The translations under genes were made by a program, and so were the position numbers. A DNA stretch of 57,510 nucleotides, counting the filler, from Squatina squatina (taxonomy: Eukaryota): assembly GCA_031763465.1 (NCBI GenBank). It is 4 parts of 4 records of this genome, joined end to end, with 100 filler letters (N's around TTAATTAATTAA, not from the genome) between each part and the next. Parts side by side here need not be neighbours in the genome. Positions count along the whole stretch, not along the records: positions 13,030 to 30,148 come from JARFOE010000046.1; positions 30,249 to 44,436 come from JARFOE010000052.1; 2 more parts are not named here. One strand, given 5' to 3'. Shown in pieces: positions 26,621-38,513 of the stretch. The notes below the pieces were generated by a model. It saw only the letters and a list, made by a program, of their open reading frames with translations, was not told the origin of the DNA and searched no databases. Within the stretch, counting starts at the first letter, position 1, and each line of letters opens with the position of its first letter.

Positions 26621-27809
26621 NNNNNNNNNNNNNNNNNNNNNNNNNNNNNNNNNNNNNNNNNNNNNNNNNNNNNNNNNNNNNNNNNNNNNNNNNNNNNNNN
26701 NNNNNNNNNNNNNNNNNNNNCTGTAGCTGATTTGGACACGAACCATAAAGTAAGATTCAGCTTCTAGCAATAAGTGTCTTTAGGGTTTTATGGGGAAGTT
26801 AAAATGGATAAATTCCACTATTACATTTTTGCATAGTAAGCATCTTTGTAACAATTAGTTTTAAGAGTTTAAATCTGGTATATTATTAGTGGGGTTACTT
26901 TACAGCAAGAGTCTGATACGCTGGAAACAACGTCTCTGCCCCGTGGAGCAGTTTTAAATTGTCTTGCCCCTTTAATTCACCCTGTGTTTCGAACAGTAGG
27001 AAGTCATCCGAGTTTGTTGACGTTCAAGTGATAGTTCGTCGGATAGTTATTTCCCTGCCGATTAAGTCCACAGTACCTTTTTATTTGAATGACCTGGGAT
27101 AGAAGGTTAAGTTAAATGTGCAGGTCTGGGCAGTAGCTATGATAATATGTAAAGAGCACAATGTGTGCCTTCCTGAGTCATTTCACAACTTCCCAAATCA
27201 ATGTGAAGTAACAGCATGGTTTCAGCCTGTGGGCGGAAAATACCATTTGCTGTTGGTGCCGTTAATTAATGTTTTTAACGCACAGCATGATCCATCCAAG
27301 GCTTAACTACTTCTGTAAGCAGTTTAACTTCCAGCATATTGCATCATGGAGGGAAGATTCATAATTGACTAACCAGGAAATGTATTTAAGATTTAACATT
27401 TAGATAGTTGCCCTATTTTTCCCTAAATTATGTTCATTTTTTTTATCCTTTTTAAGTTCCTGTCACTCATTTTTATCAAGTTCATTTCATCTATTTGTTC
27501 ATATCTTTGTGAATGCCTCCGTCTCCCAAACAATTGAATCTGTTTTTAGAGAGGAGACGGCGGGGCTGGTAGGGAGGGCACGGGCCGAGCAAAACCGACA
27601 GTGAGTGATGGTCTGGAAGTGTGCTTTTAATCATGTTTTTAAAATTAGCTGCTGATCAATGCGAAAACTGAACTGAACAGCACAGTTTGCAGAGTTAACT
27701 CTTTTGACATTGACAATGCTAGTATCCCCCACCCACTCAGTAAAATGGCTGAAGAACCATAACAAAGGTTTTATGTACAGAATGCTATATTTCCAGGAAG
27801 TTAGTTTTA

Positions 27810-27947
27810 CATAGAATTTACAGCACCGAAACACGCCATTCAGCCCAATTGATCTATGCCGGCATTTATGCTTCACTCGAACCTCCTCCCACCCTTCTTC
27901 ATCTAACCCTATTCCTTTCTCTCTCGTGCATTTATTTAGCTTCCCTT
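27810..27947 (-). mobile_element. CR1-like LINE 3' tail
   Basis: CATAGAATTTACAGCACCGAAACACGCCATTCAGCCC...; reverse-complement homologue of the 21183 tail. Confidence 0.7.
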
Positions 27948-28147
27948 NNNNNNNNNNNNNNNNNNNNNNNNNNNNNNNNNNNNNNNNNNNNNNNNNNNNN
28001 NNNNNNNNNNNNNNNNNNNNNNNNNNNNNNNNNNNNNNNNNNNNNNNACCATCCTGACTTGGAAATATATCGGCCGGTCCTTCATCGTCACTGTGTCAAA
28101 CTCCTGGAACTCCCTCCCTAACGTCGGTGAGTACGTCGGGGGAACTG

Positions 28148-28205
28148 GGTGGCGCAGCGGCTTAAACTCTGGATTACACCTTCTGAGATTGGTTCCAATC
28201 CAACC
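28148..28205 (+). mobile_element. tRNA-derived SINE head (degenerate)
   Basis: A-box-like TGGCGCAGCGG and B-box-like GGTTCCAATCC at tRNA-like spacing, with no intact cloverleaf. Confidence 0.45.
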
Positions 28206-29940
28206 CAAATCAAAGTTCACCTCCTGGCTGTAAAGGTCCGATATCAGGAGTTTTGGCAAGTCTTGCGAGCATACAAAACTGGCGGGCAGGAAAAGGTCAG
28301 CTGGTCCATGAAGCCTGCCCTGCACCATTCTCTGGGAAAAGAACCACCACCCAACATTCAGTCTGCTCCTACTCTTACATAAACTTGTGTCCTCTGGTCC
28401 TTTCCGATCTTCATCACGCTCGAGTGGGCAGAGGCTGACAGCACAAACACGTCACTAACTGCCAATGTTGCTCTGTGAGGCTAGAGGATGGCAACTGTAG
28501 GAAATGAAAAAATTGTTGCAGCCGGTACAGGGGGGCGGGGCAGGGCAATGTGAGGTTAGGGCTGAGGCAGGGTTGGAGCACGGACCTCATCAAAGAATGT
28601 CTGCACACTGATGACCAAAATGACAGTTAATCCTGTTGTCATCCTATGATTTTTCATGCCGGATTTGTGTCTGTGGTGGTGCAAATTCAGCGTGAAAATG
28701 GCTGAATTGCATTCTGCTTCGGCTGCAGAGCTTTTAAAGAGACCCACTGAATAGGCATTTCCATTAGTAGAATATTGAATCTGACAGCAGGAGCCAACCA
28801 TTGACCACAATCAGTGCATGTTGAGATGCACATTGATACTGCTGTAAAACCAGTTACCAGAGCCCTCAGCCTTGTGCATCTGCACAGTAAAATTTAATGT
28901 GTGCGACCAGGTTACTCTAGCCATTCAAATGTCTTTTAAAACTCAAAGTCATGATGCATGCATGAGTTGCATTAAGGTGCTATGCATCTGTTTCTGGCCA
29001 GTGTTCGCAATAGTGAAGTGATGGTATTGCAGCTTACTTACACGGTCCAGGTAAGTGTAACAGAGGTGTGAACTGAGTTTTAGCAGATAGCCTGTAACAG
29101 ATGATGATCAGAACTTAAGAGTACGGAGTATACAGCGCATTTTGGCTATTTGTACTCTGCTTAGTGATGAATTATTAGTGGTGATATTTTTATCGAACCG
29201 TCTTCACCTGCTATCAGTGCTGCCAAGACTTGATTTTTAGTGTTCATTTGATTGCACCATGCTTGTATTTTTGAATTGGTATCTAAACCACGATTCATTA
29301 CTGTGCTTTGTGGGGAGGGGGGTTTAAGGAGAAGGAGGGTTTATGGAGAAGTGGGAAGTTAGTGGTGCAGTAAGTTAGCAGACTGTTCCAATTTATTTAA
29401 ATGGATTTCATCTTAGTGACCACAAAGATAGACTGAAAGTGTTTCTTCCTGCTTCATGTAGGGATCCTGGATAAAATCAGTTTGACATTTCTCAATCCAG
29501 TTCCTTGTGGACACAAATGGATACCACCAAAAATATCAGTGTGGCAAATGACATGTCAAACTGATGCAGTATGGAATGCCCCAGCATGAATTTTGGAGGC
29601 ATTTTGGTATTGCACAGAGAGCTTTACTCTACATCTGATTCATGCTAAACCTGAGGTGAGAGACTTTCCTAACTACTTCATGGTGCAAAAGCTGGAAGGG
29701 AAATTCCATTCCCCAGGATTGACAACCCTCAGCATGCTGAGCATAAAATTGAGCAAAAAGTAAAAATATGAAAATAAAATTAAAACTGATCCAAATGTGT
29801 TTCAAACAATGATAATGTAGTCCATGAGTTTGAAATTTGATGAGTGCTACCTCTGTGTGAAAGAGGAGTTGTTTCGAATTTAACTGGCATCCTTTTATTG
29901 CTCATTGCTGCATTATTACAAGGTTAAATAGTGATTAGAA

Positions 29941-30148
29941 GAATCATAGTATCATAGAAACATAGAAAATAGGTGCAGGAGTAGGCCATTCGGCCCTTCA
30001 AGCCTGCACCGCCATTCACGATCATGGCTGATCTTTCAACTCAGTACCCCGTACCTGCTTTCTCTCCATAGCCCCTGATCCCCCTTGCCATAAGGGCCAC
30101 ATCTAACTCCCTTTTGAATATAGCTAATGAACTGGCCTCAACAGCTTC
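29941..30148 (-). mobile_element. CR1/HER1-like LINE 3' end
   Basis: CATAGAAACATAGAAAATAGGTGCAGGAGTAGGCCATTCGGCCCTTC; same tail at 41544, 47925 and 50078. Confidence 0.85.
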
Positions 30149-30248
30149 NNNNNNNNNNNNNNNNNNNNNNNNNNNNNNNNNNNNNNNNNNNNTTAATTAA
30201 TTAANNNNNNNNNNNNNNNNNNNNNNNNNNNNNNNNNNNNNNNNNNNN
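30149..30248. other. Artificial scaffold linker N44-TTAATTAATTAA-N44
   Basis: TTAATTAATTAA at 30193-30204. Confidence 0.95.
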
Positions 30249-30515
30249 AAATCTGGAATAAAAAGCTAGTATCTGTAATGGTGACCATGAAACTACCAGA
30301 TTGCTGTTAAAAATCCATCTGGTTCACTAATGTCCTTTTTAGGGAAGGAAATCTACCACCCTTACCCAGTCTGGCCGATATGTGACTGCAGACCCACAGC
30401 AATGCGGTTGACTCTTGACTGCCCTCTGAAATGGTCTCTCAAGCCACTCAGTTGTTTTGGGATGGACAACAAATGCCGGCCTTGCCGGTAACTCCCAAAT
30501 CCTGTGAATGAATTT
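30249..30515 (+). mobile_element. SINE (3' part) sharing its tail with LINE family B
   Basis: Non-coding body CTGGTTCACTAATGTCCTTT...GCCCTCTGAAATGG, then GGGATGGACAACAAATGCCGGCCTTG, which matches the 17155-17205 tail. Confidence 0.65.
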
Positions 30516-31208
30516 TAAAAAGAAATGTGACCTCCATTTGCCCAAGTGAACTTTGCTTTGATTCTTTTGGGGTGAGTTCAGAGACACTGTCAGTACAAAA
30601 TGATGTGCTTAATTCAAGAATAGAGTTAACTGCAGGATTCTCCATTTCAGTGAAGGGGGTGGGGTTTGCCCCTAATGTTTGTGCCACTTGAGAATAACTG
30701 CTTTGTACTATACACGTGTAGATACTTTCAGCTAAGTACTTCCAGTATCTAAGAAGCTGGTGATGCTCCAATAGTGCCATGGGTTAGGGAGGACAAGAAT
30801 AGGCATGGTCGTGATGCCATTATGGGGGATGGAGGTGTAATTGGGCTTAAAAGGAAAATAAAATATTCAAATTTGGATCTCATTAGTTGTACCCCTTTTT
30901 TCTATTGGTTGAGGTAAGTAAGGGGAGAAGAGAAGAACGTTGCATTTGGTGCAACCCAGCTTTGGAAAGTGGGAGCTGTTTTTCTAGCTGGTGCAGGACT
31001 GAATTAAGGAGTGACGCTGGTTCTACTTAACCAAGGCTCCAACTTGGTCAAGACCCGAGCTGGTATTGGTGATAGATCCGAGCCAATACAGATTATTTAG
31101 TATCACGCAGTGTCCGCATGCAAATCAGATTGTCTGCATTAGATGTGGGAGCGCTCAGTTCTAGCCTCGGGTTCTGATTTGTTTCAGAGCAGTTAGACCA
31201 TCTGCTGA

Positions 31209-31580
<372 letters not shown>

Positions 31581-32099
31581 TAATCCCTGGCTCACAAACC
31601 CTTTGCTCTGACGTTGACACTGGGACGAGGACATTGGAGTGAAGTCCTGCCAGGTTCAGCCAATAATCTGCTGTCTATGCCCCTTCCCCCACAGTTACAG
31701 CACACAATTGGGAGAATCCCCATGAACATTGAACCCTGAGTGGGGGGAGGGGTTGCAAGGGTGCCATGTCTANNNNNNNNNNNNNNNNNNNNNNNNNNNN
31801 NNNNNNNNNNNNNNNNNNNNNNNNNNNNNNNNNNNNNNNNNNNNNNNNNNNNNNNNNNNNNNNNNNNNNNNNCCGTGCCACCCCACTCACCATCTTGCAC
31901 CAAGAAGAAAAGAAAAGGCAAAAACAGAAAGAGAAACAGAAGAAAACATAAACAGAAGAGACAGAGACAAACAGCGACACAAAGACTGCAGAGACATGCA
32001 AAATGACCATAGTCTCCAACTTAGGGTGTGTAAGGCCATGAGAGACCCACTAGTAATGAATGAATGTTCAAGTTATAAGGCAAAAAATTCGATAGCCCC

Positions 32100-33001
32100 C
32101 AAAAACAGGCACAGGGATCGTGATGCACGATTAACCTGAGCCTGTTCAAAGTAATGCAGGCAGCATGCAAACTTTGTGCTGCTTGCTAATTATAATGATA
32201 GTGGCATGCGGCCCAGTGCTAAACACACTGCTGAGTGGATGTATGCACAGTAGAAGGCCCAAGTTCTTGCGAGGCTAGCACTAATTAAAGCTAGCCTGCA
32301 TTCTTAAAGCCAGCCTGCTCCGCTTAAAGAGGAGATGCAGTTTGACGAGAGCAGGTGCTGGAAGTCATTGTAGAGGAGTGTGTCACCTACAGGAAGAGTG
32401 AAGATGGTGCAACATGGCAGGGAGAGGGCTACCAGATGTTCTAAAGCACCACTCGAGTCCCTGGTGCAGGAGGAGGACAGAAGGAAAGTTGTCCTCTATC
32501 CACAGGGGGTCACGAGGCCCTCCAGACAGATGTTGAGAAGGGAATGGGATTTGATTGCCTTCACTGTCAATGCAAGCAGTGTAGCCCTGAGGACCTGGAC
32601 ACAGTGCAGGGAGAGGTTTAATGACCTCACATGAGTGCTCAAGGTCAGTGAATTTATCTTCAAATGCCATATCCCACAAACTGCACAATTAGCCTCACAC
32701 ACTGCTCAATTCACCACACGTACCACACATTTCTCACCTACCAACAATCTTTATCAATCACGACTGATACCTCACATTCATATGCTCCACCTCACCCTCA
32801 CACACTTACCACTGCTGCAAGTCCCACACCCACATCTCACAGCTTGCACAAACTGCCAGCTATTAAACTATGGCAGCCACATCAGCCAAAGACAGTGAAC
32901 GACACTCAGACACACTTCCCTCTCTCTTGCAGGACAAGATGGCACATAATCGTAAGCAGCGGCAGCTTACTGGACGGGGACAGTCACGCCTCCATATACT
33001 T
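32100..33001 (+). mobile_element. PIF/Harbinger-type transposon remnant with decayed two-exon Myb/SANT-like gene
   Basis: Exon 32404-32643 MVQHGRERATRCSKAPLESLVQE...LYPQG..RPSRQMLRREW...RTWTQCRERFNDLT*VLK (in-frame TGA 32632-34), GT at 32644, AG at 32931-32, then DKMAHNRKQRQLTGRGQ. Boundaries approximate. Confidence 0.7.
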
Positions 33002-33012
33002 AAAAAAAAAAA

Positions 33013-33125
33013 ATGGTTCCTGGGATGTGGGTGTCACTGGCAAGGCCAGCATTTACTGCCCATCCCTAGTTGCCCTTGAGAAGATGGTGGTGAGCCACCT
33101 TCTTGAACCGCGGCAGTCTGTGTGG
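33013..33125 (-). mobile_element. LINE family B 3' tail interrupting the Myb/SANT gene
   Basis: Reverse complement of the 17100-17205 tail. Confidence 0.75.
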
Positions 33126-33271
33126 TAAGATGGTGCTTGGCATAATTGGAGTGACTGAGGCCGTGGCCACCNNNNNNNNNNNNNNNNNNNNNNNNNNNNN
33201 NNNNNNNNNNNNNNNNNNNNNNNNNNNNNNNNNNNNNNNNNNNNNNNNNNNNNNNNNNNNNNNNNNNNNNN

Positions 33272-34060
33272 GGAGTCATACCTAGCACAAAGGAAGATGG
33301 CTGTAGTGGTTGGAGGTCATTCATCACAGCCCCAGGACATTTCTGCAGCAGTTCCTCAGGGCAGTGTCCTCGGCCCAACCATCTTCAGCTGCTTCATAAA
33401 TGACCTTCCCTCCATCACAAATTCAGAAGTGGGGATGTTCGCTGATGACCGCAGTGCCATTGGCAACTCCTCAGATAATGAAGTAGTCCATGCCCGCATG
33501 CAGTAAGACCTGGACAACATCCAGGCTTGGCCTGATAAGTGGTAACTAACAGTCGCCAGGCAATGATTATCTCCAACAAGCAAGAGCCCCTTGATATTCA
33601 ACGACATTACCATCGCTGAACCCCCCATCATCAACCTGGGGGTCAAAATTGAACAGAAACTGAACTGGACCAGTCACAGAAACACTGTGGCTACAGGAGC
33701 AGGTCAGAGGCTGGGTATCCTGTGGCGAATGTCGCACCTCCTAACTCACCAAAGTCTTTCCACCATCTGCAAGGCACAAGTCAGAAGTGTGATGGAATAC
33801 TCTCCCCTTGGTTGGATGAGTGCAGCTCCAACAACACTCGAGAAGCTCGATACTATCCTGGAAAAAGCTGTCCACTTGATTTGCAGCCATTCCACGACCT
33901 TAAACATTCATCTCCCTGCACCAACAGCACACTGTGGCTACAGTGAGTACCATCTACAAGATGCACTGCAGCAACTTGCCAAGGCTTCTTCGGCAGCACC
34001 TCCCAAGCCCACGACCTCCACCATCTGGAAGGATAAGGGCAGCAGACGCATGGGAACAGC
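33272..34060 (+). mobile_element. LINE family B reverse transcriptase region (degenerate)
   Basis: VPQGSVLGPTIFSCFINDLP, MFADD, LGVKIEQKLNWTSH and KAQVRSVMEYSP motifs, with stops and frameshifts. Confidence 0.9.
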
Positions 34061-34079
34061 AGGGCAGATAAAGGCGAAC

Positions 34080-35130
34080 TAGAGGGTGTAGTATTTGGGA
34101 TTTCCAAAAGGCATTCTATAAGGTGCCATGTAAAAGATTATTGCACAAGATGGGGTTGGAGGTAATGTATTAGCATGGTTAGAGGATTGGTTAACGGAGA
34201 GAAAAGAGAGAATTGGGATAAACCGGTCTTTTTCAAGTTGACAGGCTGTAACTATAGGATGCTGCATGGATAATTGCTCGGACCTCAGCTATTTACAATC
34301 TGTAATAAATGACCTAGGTGACGGGACCGAGTTCAAATTACCCCAGTTTGCTGGTGGCACAAAGCTAGGTGGTGGAGTAAGCTGTGAGAACACAAAGAGA
34401 TTACAAAAGGATATAGATTAAAAAAAAAGGTGAGCGGGCCGTTATGTGGCAGATCGAGTATAATCTTCGGAAATATGAGGTTATTCATTCCAGTACAAAG
34501 AGTAGAAAAACATACTTTTTTTTAACATGGTGAGAAACTTTTAAATGTTGATGTTCAGAGAGATTTGCGGGTCCTCGTGCAAGAAACACAGAAAGCTCGC
34601 ATGCAGAGCAAGCAAGAAGGAAGGCAATTGGCATGTTGTCCTTTATTTCAAGGGGTTGGAGTATAAGAGTAAGCAAGTCTTGCTACAGTTGTACAAGGCC
34701 TTGGTGAGACCACACCTCGAATACTGTGCACAGTTTTGTTCTCCTAATCTAAAGAAGGATTAGTTGCCTTGGAGGTGATGCAACAAAGGTTCACTAGGTT
34801 GATTCCTGGGAAGAGAGGGGTGTCTTATGATGAGAGATTGTGTAGAAGGGGCCAATGCTATCTGGAGTTTAGGAGAATGAGAGGTGATCTCATTGAAACA
34901 TACAGCATTCTGAAGGGGATTGACAGGGTAGATACTGAAAGGTTCTTTCCCTGGCTGGAGTGTCTGGAACGAGGGGACATAGCCTTATGATAAGCAGCAG
35001 GCCACTTAAGACCGAGATGAGTAAGAATTTCTTCACTCAGAGTTGTGAATCTTTGGAATTCTCTGCCCAGATGGCTGTGAGTGCTGAGTCCTTGAGTATA
35101 TTCAAGGCTGAGGCAGTTTGATCTTTGGAC
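34080..35130 (+). mobile_element. CR1/HER1-like LINE ORF2 RT to C-terminus (degenerate)
   Basis: FQKAF-like motif, LQLYKALVRPHLEYCAQF, QQRFTRLIPG, EFRRMRGDLIETY. Confidence 0.9.
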
Positions 35131-35469
35131 TCAGAGGCAGTGTGAGAGTGAATCTGCAAGTCTGTTAGTGTCTCAGAGAATCTGTCTGCAAGATAGAGTG
35201 AGACTCTGTGTGAGACTGAGCATGAATAAGGGAGAGTCTGAAAGGGAGGGAGGGTGGAGAGATGGTGCGTGTACAAGAGTGAGAAGGAGAAAGAGGGACT
35301 ACAGTCGGCAAAGATGGAGACAAAGATTTTGATTTGAGAGAAAAGGTAAAAAGTGCACGAGAATTAAGGGCTAAAAATGTGAGAGTTTGAAACGGAGCGA
35401 GGATGGGGGAAAACAGAGAGTTGTGCTTGACAGATCTTATTTTATTGATCCGCACGGGTCAGTGTTGGC

Positions 35470-35885
35470 ACCTTAGCTCTTCAATATATGTGGATATAAT
35501 TGAGCTGAATTTGGGTGCAGGGCACACAATATTAAACATTGCAGCTGTCACAAAGATAAGGAGTGAGGTTAACCATGAAGAGGACTGTAGACAACTTCAG
35601 GAGGAGATGGACAGGTGAGCAGATTGGGCAGTAGATGTCAGATGGAATTTAATGTGGAGAGATGTGAGTTGAGCAGAATAAGGAGAGGAAATAAACACTA
35701 TACGGTAAAACTGTAAAAGGAGTTAAGGAGCAGAGAGATTCAGGGATTCAGATACACAAATCTTTCACAGTGAGAGGCAATATTGATAAAAGTGTTATGA
35801 AAAAAAATCCACACCGGACCCTAGGATTTATAAATAAGGACAGAGAGTATAAAAGCAGAGTTAATGCTACACCTGGACAAATCAA
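35470..35885 (+). mobile_element. Older CR1-like RT fragment
   Basis: ILNIAAVTKIRSEVNHEEDCRQLQEEMDR aligns with CR1 ISKFADDTK...LQxDLD; heavily diverged. Confidence 0.65.
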
Positions 35886-35976
35886 TTTGAGACCAAAATA
35901 ATTAAGTGACAGGATGATTTCTCCTTTATATACAATGTCTTCCTGAACACATTACTGTCTGTCAAACCTCCTACGT

Positions 35977-36140
35977 TAGTGCCGACAGCAAATGTTCAGA
36001 TTGTGCTCCTGATTCCCGAACCCGGTCAGTCTGCGAACATGGAGAAGAAAAGTGGGCCCAGCACTGAGCCCTGGGGAACCACTTCCAACCCTTCTCCACT
36101 CTGAGCAACTGCCAGTAATGCTGAGCCTCTGTCTCCGGTC
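35977..36140 (-). mobile_element. CR1-like RT fragment
   Basis: RRQRLSITGSCSEWRRVGS / VPQGSVLGPLFFSMF on the minus strand. Confidence 0.75.
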
Positions 36141-36560
36141 CTCATCGGCCCCGCGCTCCCGCTTCTGCAATCATCCAGACAGCGCTGGCCGGAGGCAGGA
36201 GCCGGCCCCTCAACCCTGACCCCCAGCCCCAGGGACAAACGGCCAATCAGCCATCCCGTGATGACAACCCGCATTGTTGCATCACCCGCCGCCCTCCCCC
36301 GGCCCCGCCCGGCCGCCATCTTGGTGTGACCGAGCTCATTGCGTATGCCCGAATAACCGCGCGATTCGAAGGAAAAGCGACTTCAGCTTGCAGCAAAATC
36401 ACCGCTCGCTCTTCACCGAGAGACTAAGAGTTTGTCCCGCGCCGCAGAGCGAAAGCAGCAGCTGGCCGAGCGGGTGAGTGCGCATGTGCGAAATCTAGTG
36501 CAGCGCAGACTGTGTCGCGGAGCGGAGCATTTCCCTGGCGCTCTGCATTGTGGGAGATTT
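36140..36560 (+). promoter_or_regulatory. CpG-rich promoter and probable non-coding first exon of an unidentified gene
   Basis: Locally CpG-dense. CCAAT 36243-47, GTTGCATCA 36276-84, GC box CCCCGCCC 36303-10, YY1-type GCCGCCATCTTG 36312-23, splice donor GG|GTGAGT at 36474, NRF1-like TGCGCATGTGC at about 36479. Orientation inferred from the donor. Confidence 0.65.
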
Positions 36561-36857
36561 AGCCCACCATTTCCTCGCTCAAAATCACTGTTTCCCCAAT
36601 CTAAGCTGTCGTTAGCCACGCACTGGAAAACATTGAACAGTGGCCCGGCGCATATTCCCTGATTCCCGAATCTCATCTCTCAGCAGCAGCTCGCTTCAAA
36701 AGGTACATGCAATATTAGTTTACGTAAATTTTGTGCCACTTTTAAATATTGCAATGTATCTTACAAAAAATTAAGTTTTTATTTTCAAATGCAGAATTAA
36801 AGTGCCTTTTAATTAATTTTGAACATGTGATCATTTATTTTCACTTCTTCCTTCCCG

Positions 36858-37370
36858 CTGTCCAGGGCTCCAAACACTCCTTCCAGGTGAAACAGCGATT
36901 TACTTCTACTTCTTTCGAATTGGCACACTGTATTCGCTGCTCACGATGTCGTCTCCTCTGCAGTGGGGAGACCAAATGCAGATTGGGTGACCGCTTTCCA
37001 GAACATCTTCATTCAGTCCGTGAGCGTGATCCCGAGCTTCCAATGGGTTGTCACTTTAATTGCCACCTCCACTCACATTCTGACTTCTCCATCCTCGACC
37101 TCTTACGCTGTTCCAATGAAACTAAAAGTAAGCTGGAGGAACTGCCCCTCGTCTTTTCCTCAGGCACTTGACAGCCTTCTGGACTCAAAATCGAGCCCAA
37201 AATTTTCGGACCGTAAACTCTGCCCTTATTTTATTCTTTTTTTTCTCTCTTTCCTGTGGCAACTCTTGATGATTTTTCCATTGACACCCGAACTACATTG
37301 ACCTTTTGTTTCTTAACTTGTCCCATTACCATCTCCTTTTGCCTTGCACCATCATCGTTTTTGTCAGATT
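36858..37370 (+). mobile_element. Penelope-like element, GIY-YIG endonuclease C-terminus (degenerate)
   Basis: FQVKQRFTSTS...CIRCSRCRLLCSGETKCRLGDRFPEHL...CHFN...H...KLEE..LVF, a degenerate Penelope GIY-YIG with Cys/His residues. Confidence 0.8.
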
Positions 37371-38513
37371 TACAGTTAAGCGCTGGGTTGAGCTGTCAAT
37401 TGCTGCAGTCAGATGTTTGTGCTTGGCTGTAGTTGTAAAGTCTTTAGGTTAATACTGAGTGAGGAGCTTGTGGGGATTCGGCAAGTGAATAAATTCCCCA
37501 TCCTTATGTGTCCCTCTTGTCCACTGACTCTCATTCCTTTTTACACAAGAAAATCTTTGACGAAGAACCAGTGCTCGACTTGAAATACAGCCAGAAGCTA
37601 TTGAGCAACAAGTAACACAACAACCGGCAAAAAAACTCGCACAAGGATAGGAGTCTCATTCTCCCCTATATTTCCATAGTATCATTGTATGCAGATACAA
37701 TGAACTTCTAATAAAATACTGCTGCATTTTCTTTTCATTAATTTTAACAGAAAAACTGCAATTGTGTTCCACTGTATTGAAACGTAAATAAGATGTGATT
37801 GGATAATCTGTTTTAGTGACACATGTTGACCTGGACAGAAGAACTCTATGATTTTTTAATTGTTGCCCCAGTAACAAAATGTAAACACTTGCCAATTTTA
37901 TTTTGCTGTTAATTTTCACAAATAAGGTAAATATCACAAATTAAGCCAAGGCATAAGGCCCCGCCCTAATGTCAAGTCAGAATATCCAGAATGTTAAACA
38001 AAACCGAAAACTCTCTAGTCACTGATCTAAATCTCATCGATGTCCCAGAGGACATGATTTAATAGCTGCCAGTTACAGTGTTCTGAAATTAAAGTGTTTT
38101 ACTCTTCCTTTGTCTATTTCCTGTGATTTCCCTTCTCTGCTTACTGCCAGCCTCAGTTTCCAGAATCACAACATGTTCGGGGAATTTATTGAGATTCTTT
38201 ACTTCCTATGAAAGGACACCCATGCGGTCCGATTGAAATTCGAGTTTTTGCTCGAAGAAATTTGAATTCTATCGCTGACCATGTGGCTTTCTTTTGTTCT
38301 ATTGTCTTGTTATTCCAATATCCTGATGTGAAAGTCCAGACCCTCAATATTTAAATCGAATATCGCCCACCTCTTCAAGTGGCGACACGCAAGGAAGATT
38401 TCCTCAGTGTCAGGCCCATTTTCTCCAAATCCGATTTGAACTACCATGAACAAACATGTATCTGTACATTAACAAAAATGTAACATTATATTAACTCCAA
38501 ACAGCCATAAAGG

